Below, one piece after another: positions 1 to 13,573 of a stretch of DNA of 64,000 nucleotides. The notes under the pieces were generated by a model. It was not told where the DNA came from and did no database searches. It saw only the letters and a program-made list of their open reading frames with translations. The stretch's first letter is position 1. Every line of letters begins with the position of its first letter. A program made the translations under genes and the position numbers. Source of the stretch: Tubulanus polymorphus (lineage: Eukaryota; Animalia; Nemertea); the NCBI RefSeq assembly GCF_964204645.1, contig NC_134025.1, positions 26,826,299 to 26,890,298 on the forward strand, read 5' to 3'.

Positions 1-2274
1 AACTTTTTGAATCTGGCAACTTGAGATGGACGGAATTGATTAGCGCTGTTTTCTTCACCGAGGGCCAGCTTCCCATGACGACCATCACCGAATGAATATA
101 ACAAACCTTTATCTAAAATCATAAGGAGAACAAATCCTTGATGTCCTGTTTTAGTCAGGTAACAAAAAATATGTCCAAATATGTCATCAAATATCTTCAC
201 ACTTACCAGTAATAACAGCTGTATGATTGTCACCGCACGATACATGCGTTATTTTACAATCAGCGAATGCCCGCACTAATGTAGGCTGCCATATCTGTAA
301 ATTTTGAGTAGGTCCATGACCCAGTTGTCCCTGAGACCCATCACCGCATGTGTACAGCTTACCCGATTCTGGAAAAAATTGTTCGAAACGTCAATTAATC
401 TCATAGAAAATGAAGAATTGGTCAACTATTTCAGCCTAGGATTCGAACTGGTAGTGTAAGCCTACCGGTGATGATAGCAGTATGTGAGCCACCACAGCTA
501 ACCCATTTCACTTTCTCTTGTAATGACGTTACAAGCTGTGGTGTGGTCGTTTCTACATTATCTTCAATTTCTCCGAGACCGAGTTTACCAGATTCTTTCT
601 CCCCGAATGTGTAAAGTTTACCGTGAGCTTAAAAGAAAACAAATTCCTTCAATCAATACCAGTCTAATGTTGAATATCTTAATGAATGCTTGTTTTCTTC
701 CTAACCTGTTACAAAGGCTGTATGATAATATCCACATGATACGCAGATAATATCATCGTCCCAGTCTAACTCTTCAGGTAGCAGACACTCTAAACTGTCA
801 TCACCTAGACCAAGCTGACCTTCAGAACCACCACCCCATACGTAGAGAATTCCCTCATCTGAAGAAGAATGGAAATATCCTAGAAACATTATTAAGGAGG
901 GACGAAACTGCTTGGTGAGATTTTTGTTCGAAAAAATAAAATTGACATAGAAAAACATGTACCGGGTACCAGTAAAATGAAAATTTCTCATCAAAAGATA
1001 AAGATTTGATACTGTTAGTTATAAGATAGTCAAATAGATATATGGAATTGTACAAACCTGTAAGAGCGGCGCTATGATCAGTTCCAGCCGACAGCTGTTT
1101 ATAATTCTGTTGGTCGAATGATCGAATACAAACTGGTACCGACGTATTATTACCATCCTCTTCATCTAAACCGAGTTGACCGTCATTATTCGCTCCACAG
1201 CCGTAAAGATTTCCCGATTCCGTCGACATAATCGTATGGTTTCGACCGCAAGCGACGAGTTTAACCTTTTCATGTTTCAAAGCTGTAATATCATGTTTCA
1301 AAAGCTGATACAGTGAAAAGTCTAGAGCGCGCAGTAAAAATGTGTATGAAACTTACATTTGATACAGCTTGGTTTCGTCTGCAGTTTCGTCGTACCGAGA
1401 CCCAACTGACCCCAGTCATTTGATCCAAACATAAATATTCGCCCACTCTCTGAAATAAAACATAAACAGAAACTATTCGATATCTTTGCAAATATCTAAG
1501 ATAAGATGAAATCCATCCTATAGTGAAGGTTATACTACCTGCTATAAGGGCAGTGTGTTCATCTCCGCACGATATCTCTATAACTTTATCATTTCGTATC
1601 CAGAACTTGCTCGGAATATTCTCGGCAAATCGACTTTTTCCGAAAGTGAAAACACCTCCAGTCTCTAAAATATAATTGGCAAATTGACTGAATAGTAATA
1701 ACTTATCGATATACAGTTTAAAAATTCAGACCCAAAATGAAAATTCCACAAAAAATCTTAAAAATAGGAGGCGCCAAAAAACCTTAGAACGTTATTGATG
1801 GGGTTTGGTGGAATTTTGTCTTTTTTAGTAGAAAACTAGATTTTAGAATTGGAACAGTGACAGGATTATTCTGAGGATACTTGACAGACCAACAGTAGCG
1901 AGTTTGTGGCTTGAGGAGTGTTTGCGCTGAGGTGATCTATTAGATTCCACCATAGAAAATCTGACAGGCCACACGAGGTATCCGGTGCCCCGGGCACCAT
2001 GCCGATGATACGATTGCCGGTTATGTTGTGGAATGTGGTGGTGTGCCGGACGCACGCCCGACGGAAGGGAAGCGGGAAGGAAAGGTGTTTTTTACCAAAC
2101 AAGTATGTATAACGCGTTGTTAAATGGGGACGGTGCATGAATATAGTTTTTTTTCAAAACTCAAATTTAATGTCTACAATTAATCATAAACTACAATGCA
2201 CTGCTCGACAAAATAGCGCCGATTCGCGTCGTTTTTCTCGTACCAGGAATGTCATGATCGTCGTCGGCGGCCAT
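1..2274 (-). CDS. RPGR: Retinitis pigmentosa GTPase regulator (RCC1-repeat ciliary protein), multi-exon, 3' part outside window
   Basis: Exon 1 2274-2244 MAADDDHDIP|gt; exon 2 ETGGVFTFGKSRFAENIPSKFWIRNDKVIEISCGDEHTALIA; later exons ALKHEKVKLVACGRNHT, QLSAGTDHSAALT, VSCGYYHTAFVT, YSFGDGRHGKLALG. These closely follow the vertebrate RPGR RCC1-like domain as I recall it; introns are GT-AG. Confidence 0.93.
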
Positions 2275-2278
2275 GTTT

Positions 2279-2292
2279 GTTACCTCAACAAC
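2279..2292. promoter_or_regulatory. Candidate RFX X-box next to the RPGR start, in the RPGR/cNMP-gene divergent promoter
   Basis: GTTACCTCAACAAC fits the 14-bp X-box pattern GTHNYY-NN-RRNAAC and starts 5 nt upstream of the ATG of a known ciliary gene. Confidence 0.5.
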
Positions 2293-3032
2293 CAACCTCA
2301 AGGATCAATCGCAATGAGCAAATCCGTATGTGGGGCGGTCGAACCCTGAATTTGTTGAGTTTTTTCACTATTGGGAAACATTAGAATTTTACCATAATAT
2401 ATTCTAATAAGCGGTCCAACTCTGTGTTTTCTTTGGGAACACTGAAAATGTTCCATTCAAGTTATGAATTTGATTGATAAAATTCATTGCATTAATGAAT
2501 ATTTCGAATCAGCTGGTCTGGTAGCACTGCTGCCCGCGTTCGGGGCAATAATTATATCAGTTAGTTTCAGTAATTTTGAACCTATCTAACTTAAAGGTCC
2601 TTTCCTTATGGGGGTTGCACATTCTTCTAAAAGCGATGTACTTGCTGGGTAAGTGCCGGTTCGCTAGATTTAGCCAAACCTGCAAACTGCACGACGGCCC
2701 CGGCCAGCCGGGCGGGCCCACTTAAGGAATGCTCAAAATTTCTTTCACGTGACGAGACTTTGAAATAATAAATTTAACTGACAGCGCGTGGGAATCAAAA
2801 CCGGCACACTTTTAGATCTCAATTGACAAATGATTTGGAATCTGTTAAATTCTCCCATGGGGCACTGTCATAACTTAGGCCTAGGCTACGTGTATTGCAT
2901 AGTTCGAATCGACAAACTAGTAGATCTCTTCTGAAGTGAAAGGCCTCAATACATCATAGGAAGTAAAACTTAATTAAAATTTGATAATTTCGGAGGAACT
3001 TTCTCTTTACGATCATACATACCACGTTTTAA

Positions 3033-6000
3033 ATGACTACCGCTCTTCTTCAAACGTAAGTTTTCTCACAGTGATTTGTATCCTGTGCATTTGAGAATTA
3101 TTTTTACGGTAAGAAGATTAGAAATTATTGTGGTGGGAATCTTGGATATTTACTGGTTATCTTTAACATCTAGCTTACCGGTAGAACAAAATGGTCGACG
3201 ATCATCACAGGGGCGCAGGGCTAGTATTTCAAGCCCAGTTACTACTATAGATGAAAAAGAAAAGTCTCAGGTAGATGAATCAAGTGGTTGAAAAAGCTAT
3301 CGTTTTCATTTGTAAATCAACAAAAATATTTTTCGTTTTTAATAATCATGAATATATTTTTTAAATCTGATTTAAGAAAGTAATTAACTGTGTATTGGCT
3401 TTGCCGCTCGCTGATGAATTGTCAGATGAACAAATTGATTCGATTGTGGACAGTGCCTTAGTCCAACAGATGTTTATTACAACTGATCTCATCAAATATG
3501 GTATCGTATTCTTCTCTTCTCACCATATATTACCATAGATTAGGGTTGAAGGCTGTAAAAGTTGATTTTCTTTTTAAAAGGACAAGACGCACCTGGAATA
3601 TATATTCTAGTGGAGGGCCAAGCGTCATTGGTTTCAAACCAAGAAGATATAATGATCACGGATTTAGAACCGGGAGATTTCTTTGGCGAGGTTTCAGTGT
3701 TATTCGGAGTAAAGGCAACTGCTACAGTCAGGGTTGAAAGCCAGTAAGTTACCATATTCATATTTTGGCGATCTCTGATAGAATATCTTTCAGTCTGACG
3801 AGTCTGGCCTTTTATATCTTTGCGCAGTTCCGTGGTTCTCTTCATTGAAAAACGAGTGATTAAAGATATGGGAAAATTGAAAAAAGGAATGACAATTGCG
3901 CAGTGGTTCATCGATAGAAAATATCTCCCGACAACGAAAGAATTGCAAAAAGACGACATATTTGAAGGAATTCTACTTCACGCACTACAAACGGTAAATG
4001 TAGTTAATTGGGAAATTTGAATTTTCACCGATAAAGATTAATTAACGAAAAATTCCACCGTATTCTCTTTTAGTTACCTTTGTTGAATGGTTGGTGTGAA
4101 ACTTCATTATTGGAATTGATTAAATGTACAGATGGAATCGTGGTATATCCGCCACATTCTCATATTGTATTTAACGGTGATCCGGGCCACGGAATTGTAA
4201 TTCTTATCAAGGGAAAGTAGGTACCATATATTAACATTAGGCATTCATCAGAATTTCGTTGAGACGAGGAATATAAGGACATTTAATTGCATGATGATTT
4301 CTGAATTATTCATGATTCAGAATGGAAGCTGATGCCGGTCCAGATCAAGAACCTTGGTATATTTTGGCCAAGAAATACCCTTTCGTTCTATCAGAAGAAG
4401 GTTTGTAACGATTCGTTTTCAAATATAAGTATATATTCATCCAGTTCACCGTGAATGAGGATTTTAATGCTCCTTAGGTCTGTTCACTCAAAGAGACCAT
4501 ATAGTAACCGCGAAGGCACGAACCTGCTGCAAAATATTACGAGTGAAAAAAGATGATCTCATCTTCGTAAAAAGCAGAGTAAGACTATATCATTTTTATG
4601 AAAATGCGTCATCATTGATATTTTTGTATCATATTGTATGTTTTTTTTCCGAAAGTTCCCATCAACTGCCAGGACTGCTTGGGATAAATCTGTATCTACC
4701 TGGAAAACGTATCAACAGAATAGAAACCATGAAATATATAGAAAATATATCAAAATACTGCAGCAAGAGGTAATAGCGCCGACCTTGATAACCGTGAAGA
4801 TTCGATATCAAATGCTTATGTAGTATAAAGCCTTTTTTACAGTTCATCTTCAAAATGATTCGAGAAAGTGCCGTGTTTCACAATTGCCCAGTTGGATTTG
4901 CGTACCACATTAGTATGAAATGTTCCTTCCACGAGTTCGAAGCAAAAAGTATCTGTCTAACCGAAAAGGAATATGGTAATTAAGGAACAGCGTTTGTAAA
5001 TGTCTTAGTTCAACATAAAAACGTTTGTTTGAGGCGGAAAATGACCTTTGAATGTTACTTTACAGAAAACCATGTCTCATTCATGGTGGTCAAAGGCAAA
5101 GTCAGTTTGATGGAAAATCAACGAACTATGGCTCCTGGAGATGTCGGAATCCAGCTCAACTTGAAAGCTAACGCGAGAATTGTTTTCGAAATGGAAGACA
5201 GAGACATGTTTTGTAAGTAAAATAATGTGTAAAGGGTTTTTCATATATGATGATAGAAAATGCTTTATTTTTTCCACACAAAATGTAACAAAACAACTTC
5301 AACCAAAACATACAAAATTACTATGATTGAGTAACAAGCAATCTAGGGACGACTTTTTATCTCATATATTGGTACATTCACAACTAAATCCTGAGAACTG
5401 TTTATCACATCATTATTTACCTACTTACAAGCTGCGCAGATTATTGTGTAAAAATATGTTCAAAATTCCCCAGTCAATTCTAGTTTAAGAAATGTTTTAA
5501 CTGTAGGATCTTCTATGCTGTCTATTTCTTTCAAAGCTCGTTCGACTCCATCCTTGGGATAATATTCCTTCACTTTGTCTACATATTCTATCCATACACA
5601 GTTTGTACATCCGCTCATGCAGCAGTTATCTGGATCAGGGGCGACTGGTGGTGATTTTGGGTTAACGCTGATAACGTCTGAATCAGTTGATTTATGATTT
5701 GATTTTGAACAGTAAAACCTCGTCCGGTAACTTGAACTACATTCGAAAGTCCCGTGATTATAAGTTTTTCGATGAATCCCAAATGGTTTTCTTCGTAATG
5801 AAGTTGAAGAAGAAAATTGTCTTGTATTGCCAGTCGGTATCTGCAATGACAAGTTCCGATTGAAATAATCTTATTTGTCATTCAATACTTCAAAAAACTC
5901 ATTCAAATTCATTTGAAATGGTTAATATATGTATTAGTAATGTTTATCTTCGCAGACAGAAGTAGTTGGATGCCAAAGAGTGCGCACTGCATAGCTAATT

Positions 6001-6209
6001 CCGAGGTGTTATTGTTCAAAATACAAAAACAAGATATCGATGAACTATTGAAGAAGTATCCGGAAACCGCTATCAAAGAAATTCAACTAGAATACATGTC
6101 TGCAATGGCTAAACAGCTGAAGAAAAGCTTCAATTTCAAACCAAAAGGAAAAGCAAGTTTTGTTAAACCAGCGGCCAAAACGCCTAACACCAATTACAGC
6201 AATGCATAA
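3033..6209 (+). CDS. Cyclic-nucleotide-binding domain protein (CNBD1/2-like, about 3 cNMP-like domains), multi-exon
   Basis: Putative ATG at 3033 (MTTALLQT|gtaag). Phase-consistent joins, e.g. ...LIKYG/QDAPGIYILVEGQASLVSNQEDIMITDLEPGDFFGEVSVLFGVKATATVRVES (typical cNMP beta-roll GDFFGE..A.V). A second repeat contains FNGDPGHGIVILIKG. Last exon 5956-6209 joins in phase (T|AC). Confidence 0.8.
5460..5840 (-). CDS. OXLD1: Oxidoreductase-like domain-containing protein 1, main exon nested antisense in the last intron (5213-5955) of the cNMP gene; first exon unresolved
   Basis: PPVAPDPDNCCMSGCTNCVWIEY...EDPTVKTFLKLEL is the OXLD1 signature. An R/S-rich presequence-like segment precedes it. Acceptor ttgtcattgcag at 5852-5841; AATAAA (-) at about 5264-5269. 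Confidence 0.88.
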   Translation of the reverse strand: MPTGNTRQFSSSTSLRRKPFGIHRKTYNHGTFECSSSYRTRFYCSKSNHKSTDSDVISVNPKSPPVAPDPDNCCMSGCTNCVWIEYVDKVKEYYPKDGVERALKEIDSIEDPTVKTFLKLELTGEF

Positions 6210-6390
6210 ACAGAAACTGCATCATATTGAGTACTGTAATCAGTTAATATGGAATCAAGCTGAAAATTGCTTTTTGTGTGATAACTTGTAAAATCCTGAG
6301 ACGATCAGAAAATGCAATGCGAAGTTTAGTTAATGAACACATTTATTTTGAATAACCAACCTTATGTATAAAACTTGCAGTAGTATATAG

Positions 6391-8648
6391 TCAGGAGAAA
6401 GATGTGCCGTGCAGTAATTTGACGACGCTGTCTTTATATTCACTCAAAGTTACGATATTTTCGCCCTCGTTGTGTAAATCTGAAGTAGCGGTTTTATATC
6501 GTTGAACTTCATCGCTTTTGATTAATTGTTCCTCCGTGAAATCTACCGGTAATGATTTGATATATCCAGGCAGGCCTTCTTCACTAGTCTGTAAGATAAT
6601 TCAAACAACATTGAACAACGTGTGAACTCATTAAACAACTTTTTTTATTTAAGAATAAATTCATGATTCTTTTCTACAAACCTTGGCAGCAATTTGTTTG
6701 ATGTTTTTCGTAAGTTGTACTAATTGTTTACGCGACGCCGCCTGATCCCAGAAATATTTCTCCCAATCGACTTCCTCTTTATCCGCTTCCCATTTCTCAG
6801 TTTTCTACAAAATATTTGAACACAATAACATCAATTAACACACGATGTAAACGAAATTTGAATTTCAGCCATATATTGAGGGCACAATGTACACATACCC
6901 AAGCTTCATGATACAGGGCAGTCAATAGATATTTCACATATTCCTCATTCTGCATTTTGAGTGGGCAACTGAAAATGAAACGTAATCATGAATGATCGAA
7001 ATAGAAAGAATAAGATAACGGAACTGATTTAGCGGCCATTCGCACAGTACATATAGAAACATTTCCATGATTGCATCCAATTTCAAGCATTATGTAAATA
7101 GGGAGTGACCATATTACCCCCTTCTCCTACGGATGTGTTGTGTACATACTATTTGAAAGGTTCCTTATCGGTAAGTAGCTACTTACCGATTGCCTTCTAA
7201 TGTTAATGTATCTGTCTTTTTGTCATAGCGTTCCCCAACTAACCGAATCAATTTATCTCGTGCATGATAGTTTAAACGAAGCTTTGACAGTTTTATCTGA
7301 AAAGGTAAAGAAAGGCAGAATCATTAGCATATAAAAGCTCTTTAGGTGAAAATAAAGAAAGATTTAACAATTGACGGACAGACATTCGAAGGTCACAGAG
7401 GGTATCTCTCAATAAATTCAGTTACCTTTAACTCGACTATTCTCGCTCTAGGGTCTCTTATAGACGAAGCTGACCGAAGATAATCGGATGAAATAATTTC
7501 AACAGGAAAATGTTTCTCACACTTTTTATCAGTTTCCAGTCCCTCAGGCCAATCAGTGCAAAACTCTGAAAACATTCAAACTATTGTTATTATCACTGTT
7601 TATAAATAAAGCTCATTTCTAACTTAATGAAGTTTGTTAATTCACCTTTGAGTGCAGCGCAATGTTTCTTGATGTGTCCTGGTGTGAGATGGAGAAAGTT
7701 GGGAATTTTCATCAATTCGGCATTTGCATATTTTTCAAGTGGAACCCCTTCATTTTGAGTCATATTCTGTAAAAAAATAGATTGATTGAAAAATATGAAT
7801 AATTTCTTCTTCACCTACAAAAAGGGTCAATTAAAATTTCTTAAAAACACATAAAGAGAGTGCTGGCAAACATACTTTTGAAATGCCTTGACGAACTGGG
7901 AATGGAATTGCTGACCATTTAAATGTTGATGCTGCAGGCCAAACATTTGTCCAATCTTGATCAATCTTCATAGCGTTAAACCGAGCTGGCGGAACCTGCA
8001 ATTAAACAAGGATTGAAGGTCAATTCCACGGATGATTCTTACATTCTTTATAAAAAATAAAACTAGTAAAGAAGTATAGAAGGATGAAACAAAGTGTTAA
8101 TTTACATCACGTCGTCTGATAATTCTTTTCTTCTTCTGAGTTTCTTGAACTAGTCCAGGAATATGCAACTTTCGAAAACCTGGAGGAGAGAACAAAATCA
8201 AGGTATACAGTCAGTCCAAATTGCTCATTATCAAGATTTTTATTATCAGATCCCAGACGGGCTTATCGTTATGTGGTGTTTTTGCAATAGTTTGTGTCCG
8301 ACCAGTGACGTAAAACACATAGAGCAGTCCCAGTGACTGAATGTCGTAACCCTTGACCCTCACATACGGTAGCTAATCAACTCTTCCTTGACCACAAAAT
8401 ACTCTCCACTGCATCTGGACAGAAACTTAACCTTATACTACTCGGCGAGCCCAAAAATGCAAACCCGGAAGTATAGTAAAATTTCATTTATTACCTCCAT
8501 CTTCTTCCGTAACTTCGATTTCGTTCTCATTTTTGGTATCATCAGTCGCAGATGCAGTTACACCTCTTCGCAGCACATTGAAATTTGTAGATATAAACAC
8601 TTGATTCCTCGCCGAAAAGGTAGCAAATATTGAATATTTCCGAATCAT
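6391..8648 (-). CDS. MRPS35: Mitochondrial small ribosomal subunit protein mS35 (9 exons)
   Basis: Exons give [96 protein letters not shown], matching MRPS35. ATG 8648 has a presequence-like N-terminus; stop TGA 6393-6391; AATAAA about 45 nt downstream. Confidence 0.95.
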
Positions 8649-9474
8649 TTTGCAAAAATCGTAAAAACGGAAGTAGATATTTAAGTTGCGACAAGAAAAC
8701 GGACCGTTAAATCGGACTTTAGGTTTCCTGAAAAAACGGTCTTGGATTTTCCGGATACGTGGGCCGGGTACGAGTTCAGTCGCAGTCAACATTGAAACCG
8801 TAGTCACTAGTCACTGTCTATCACTCCGATTACCGGACCACATAGTATTGTGAAATAAGGCAAAAATCTTGAATATCACTAATGAATTCTAATCAAAAAG
8901 CTTTACAATTTCTCCAGGGAATCAAGCGGTCCGGGCCCTGTTGGCGCCCGCGGCCGCCTAGAGAAAAAAAACAAATCAAATGTTTTATATCGTTGTCATG
9001 TGGTAGATATCGTACGATTATAATATTTGTTCAAAGTTTGCAATTGGAATTACCAGGCGCAACCTTAGTGACTTTTTGGCGTAGAGGGGCCAAGAGGAAT
9101 CACCCCTTACGGCGCTGGCCGAATTGGGACCGGGCCGTGTACAGCACTAGGAGACCTCTCAGTTACAGCCCAAGTGGCCTTAGCACGGGTCAAACTTGTG
9201 GTCATCTTGTGTGTACTCGTCGGTAACCAGAATCCAGCATACCAGAATCAATCACGCAACAATTTCCCGCCCACGCAATTTCGGGTAATTCAATCTATCG
9301 ACAGTAATGTAGGCCTCTGCATGTTCTAATTTTCAATGTATTTATTTCGAGCGACGTTTTGTTCCGTAGCTACAGCTATGAATAGCTCGATTGTGGGACA
9401 CGCTTCAAAAGAACAGTGCCGTGCATTACATGAGTTCAATTTTTTTTCAATACATGCAGAAAAAAATCGTGAAT

Positions 9475-10863
9475 ATGAATTCTATTTGCGATTTTAGCTT
9501 TAATATCGTCTTATTTCTGTCGGAATTAATAGTTTTATTTGTAAACTGTACGCGTGAGTTTATCGTTTTTACCATTCGTCGATTTTTTCCGAAACAAAAG
9601 AAAAGTATAGTCGGTGAGATTGCACTGGTAACAGGGGGAGGCCACGGAATCGGGCGCGAATTATGCTACCAAATAGCGATTGAGGGGGCATTTGTTGTCG
9701 TCTGGGATATAGATCAGGTAAGCTTTTATCATACCGCCACAGATCGATACCTGATAATGTCAATGATTTATCTTGATTATTCTTAAAGCTCGGTGCTGAA
9801 AAAACAGTAAATACTATTCGATCACGTGGTGGGAAAGCAAAATATTATTTAGTTGACGTCACTGCGTATGAACAAGTCGTTAGCACTTCAAACCTTGTCC
9901 GGGAGGAAATCGGCGACGTGACTATACTTGTAAATAATGCTGGAATTCTGCATGGTTTGGACATTTTGAATCTAAGCGAGAAACAAATTCGTAAAACGTT
10001 CGATGTGAACAGTATTGCTTTGTTTTGGGTGGGTTTCAAACTTTGTTCATTTTCTCACTCATCATCTTCATTCTATTTTCTGATTTTTTTGTGGATTTCT
10101 AATTTTTTCCATACGCGAACTTTAAGACAATAAAAGCATTTTTGCCAAGAATGATTGAGTTGAATCGAGGACATGTAATCAATATATGCTCATTAGCGGC
10201 ATTTTCTGGATTAGCCTATTTATCAGACTATGGGTAAGTTGGAATTACCAAGTAAAATATATTTGGAACAGATTAATCCTATACTTCTTGTAATAAAGAT
10301 ATTCTAACAATTTTCCAGATCTTCAAAATTTGCTATTCGTGGACTGCATACATATTTGGAAGAAGAAATACGTCTGCATTTCAAGAGGGATATTAAGTTG
10401 TCGTCTGTATTTCCAGGTTTCACTGACACTGGACTGGTCAAAGGCATGCACTCGCGGTAGGAATATCTTTGGCTTAGACAAAATACCGTCAAGACTTCAG
10501 ATTTCATTGGGCTTTACATGTATCAAATATTTTTGTGTAGATTCGATAGGATCTTGACCACAAAAGAAGTCGCTCAAGTAACCATAGAAGATGTTTTACG
10601 GAACGAACAATTGATATACGTTCCCAGGCGTATGCGATACATCCTTGGCCCAATTGGGTAAGAATACAGACGAACAGTCATGGAAACTTATTAGTGTATC
10701 ATGCATATACATTCTAGTCAGCAAAATCATTACTTTCCCCCCTTATTTTTTTCATTAAGCACATGTTTATCTTTTCAGATTGATACCGTCGAAAATAGTT
10801 TCATTGTCTCTAGACTTTTCTGGAAGCCGAATTGATCTACAGACCGATAAAATCGGCAAATGA
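9475..10863 (+). CDS. Short-chain dehydrogenase/reductase, SDR16C type (retinol dehydrogenase / 17-beta-HSD11-like)
   Basis: N-terminal hydrophobic anchor, ALVTGGGHGIGRE Rossmann motif, ILVNNAGI, and catalytic YGSSK (YxxxK) spanning an intron; stop TGA 10861-10863. Confidence 0.9.
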
Positions 10864-12200
10864 ACAATGACACGATCGGGCAGTTAAAATTATATTCTGC
10901 TTTTAATTTAATTGTCACGTCCTTATGGCTGTAATTATGAATGCATGAACATCAACGTAAAATTACGTATAATACCTGAAACATGATGAATTATGATGGA
11001 AATTGATCTTTCTCCGTATATATAACACCTAACAAAACAGTTCAGCTTTAGGGCGTGGTGCTTTTAATATTCGAATACACCACTGATATATAAGAACTGC
11101 ATACATATTCTCTACGTGTGGGTATGCGCATATCTTTTCGTTGAAAGAAATAGATCTGAATCGACCGTAAAGAAAAAACATTTAGGAAGAAAAACCTCAG
11201 CATTGATTAAATTCAACACGTATTTATTGTAACAAAAAATTTCTATTGATGGTATAATTACACAGTCTAAGTAGATTTATATCAGATTTTAGTGAAATGT
11301 TTTAGAAAATAAGTGGTTAGATATATGAAACATCTCTGTATCGACTTCAAATTAATTTTCCATTTCTTCCGATTCCCTTGCTTATCCCCTCGTCTTTAAA
11401 ATGTTGCCAATTGATTTGAGTGCGACGAAGCGTGATGTGATACTTACTTCATGGAACTGATAGCACAATTAAGAGCAGCCCGGCTGTCGTGAATTCATAC
11501 AAACATGGAATGATCAAGATGAAATACAAAAATATATGTACCAAACATTAAAACATAACTACTTCCTTAGCCATATGTAACTGTCATCTTAGGACATACA
11601 ACAACATGAAACCATTCACCCATGCTCCAGGCACGAGTACCACCAAAGTGAAATCTTACCTGATCTAGAAACAGTATACTCTCCGTGACATATAAATAAA
11701 ACATATCAAAAACGCAAGAATACACAGAAAAAATGTACTTCACCAAAGGAAAAAGAAAAAGTACTTTATTAAAACTTATGTATTTGATATCATCTATGTT
11801 CTTATCATTTGGTACGTACACATCACACCAGACTTGTTAAAATATTCCAAAATACACCGCTAACCTTAATCGATACTCCTAATTAAAACGATTATTCAAC
11901 CTCTAGAAAAAATATACTCACCTGCATCAGGTACTCCCTATTGTCACGAAACAAAAGTAAAATTATTTGCCGTGGTTTTGAAAACGTTAACCTGATGAGA
12001 ATTATCGTCATTTTCGAGTGAATGTAATGTTACACTTAATGTTTTCGACGACATCATATTTTATCAATTTCATGATCAAACAATAAAAGCAAAATGTGCC
12101 ACTTAACATTTCTTCTTCACCATTAAGGATGTTTAGTGACTTGAGCCTCCCGAATAATGTGAAAGTCAATGTAATGTGTGCTTTGTTAAAAAAAACCAGG

Positions 12201-12233
<33 letters not shown>
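12201..12233. repeat. (TA)13(CA)n microsatellite
   Basis: Seen directly in the sequence. Confidence 0.95.
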
Positions 12234-12234
<1 letters not shown>

Positions 12235-13573
12235 TATGTGAAGTGAGTTCTAATCGAACCTAACTCTTACCCATTTAAGATATGCATGGATATGCACAGA
12301 ACTTTCATAAACATGATCGTTCAAATAACATGGAACGCAGCACAGCTGATTGAAATTCTTGTTCAGTAAAATTAACAAGTGTTAGTTACAATTCTAACAT
12401 ATCAAATAACTTTACTACCAATGTGAATGTATCAAACTTCACTTACACAGCGCAGCTGCTACAAATTTGTGAAATTGAAGAATAAAACAAAATTCAGCAT
12501 TCTATTTTTCTCATTCATCACATCTGCTGTCTATATCACAATTTCCCGTGTTATGAAAACCCACCGGAGGGAATCGTAAACCGCAGTTCACTCACTGGGG
12601 TACAGTACCACTTTCCACAACTTCAGTCCACATCAGTCTTAAGTCACTGTTCATTAGTTCACCTATTTTCCCTTCCATGCCACTTGAGCTGTTAAGATGA
12701 AAATTCCGTTGAAGAAATGGCATATTACATGGATGTCATTCAACCGGTCAAATATGAATGGTGCGGATGTATATTTGTATATTTCCTTTCAAATCGGTCA
12801 CCATTTAACGTCTATATTACCGCCTTATACTATACCTTCTTAGTTTGTATTTTTCTTACTGATATAAAATATCGAACATGATGGATAAAGCACGCATATA
12901 AAGAGATAGCCCAGTATAAAACGGCGAACTCAAATTTCAACCTGAACCTCAATAATCTATACAATCTATAACAATCAGATACAACTTAAGTACTTTTTTG
13001 AGTTCGTCATTACATCGAAAAACAGTATTACAAAATTGCGTGAGTATTGCCCATGTATTTCATAATGCTTAACACAATATGAACAATGATTGTTGAGTGA
13101 AATTGTCTTATTCTGCGGAGTGATTTTTATCCTGTACAATTATCCAATTTGTGAGACAATTATAATTCTTCAGGTGTACATAATCCTTAAATACAAAGAA
13201 ACATTTGTTTAGTACAGCGAAAATACAAATTGAAAAACTTACCAATTCCTTCCGACAAAATACATGCATACCTGTTAGTTCTTTACTTTAGAAGTTCAAA
13301 TTGACAAATATAATTATATTGACATTGTATAATCAACATTCAAAATTGTTGAATTTAACATCTAAAAAGTGCACTGACCATTTATGAATTAGTAATAAAA
13401 GAAAATGTGAAAGAAGCTGACATAAATAATGGTGACCGATTACTTCTATTAAAACCTTGAAATTCTGGAAGTTAAGATCTTTTAATCCCGTGAAAAATAA
13501 TGCTACACATCCATATCGTATGCCACACAATTTCACGATTTTGCAGCCCGGCTTCTTCAAAATCAGGATTTCT

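Noticed and set aside
8882-9226. 114-aa ORF and GC-rich patches between MRPS35 and the SDR gene (similar patches at 1890-2070 and 2640-2730)
   Set aside because: No protein features; probably transposon fragments or promoter DNA, but termini and TSDs could not be defined.
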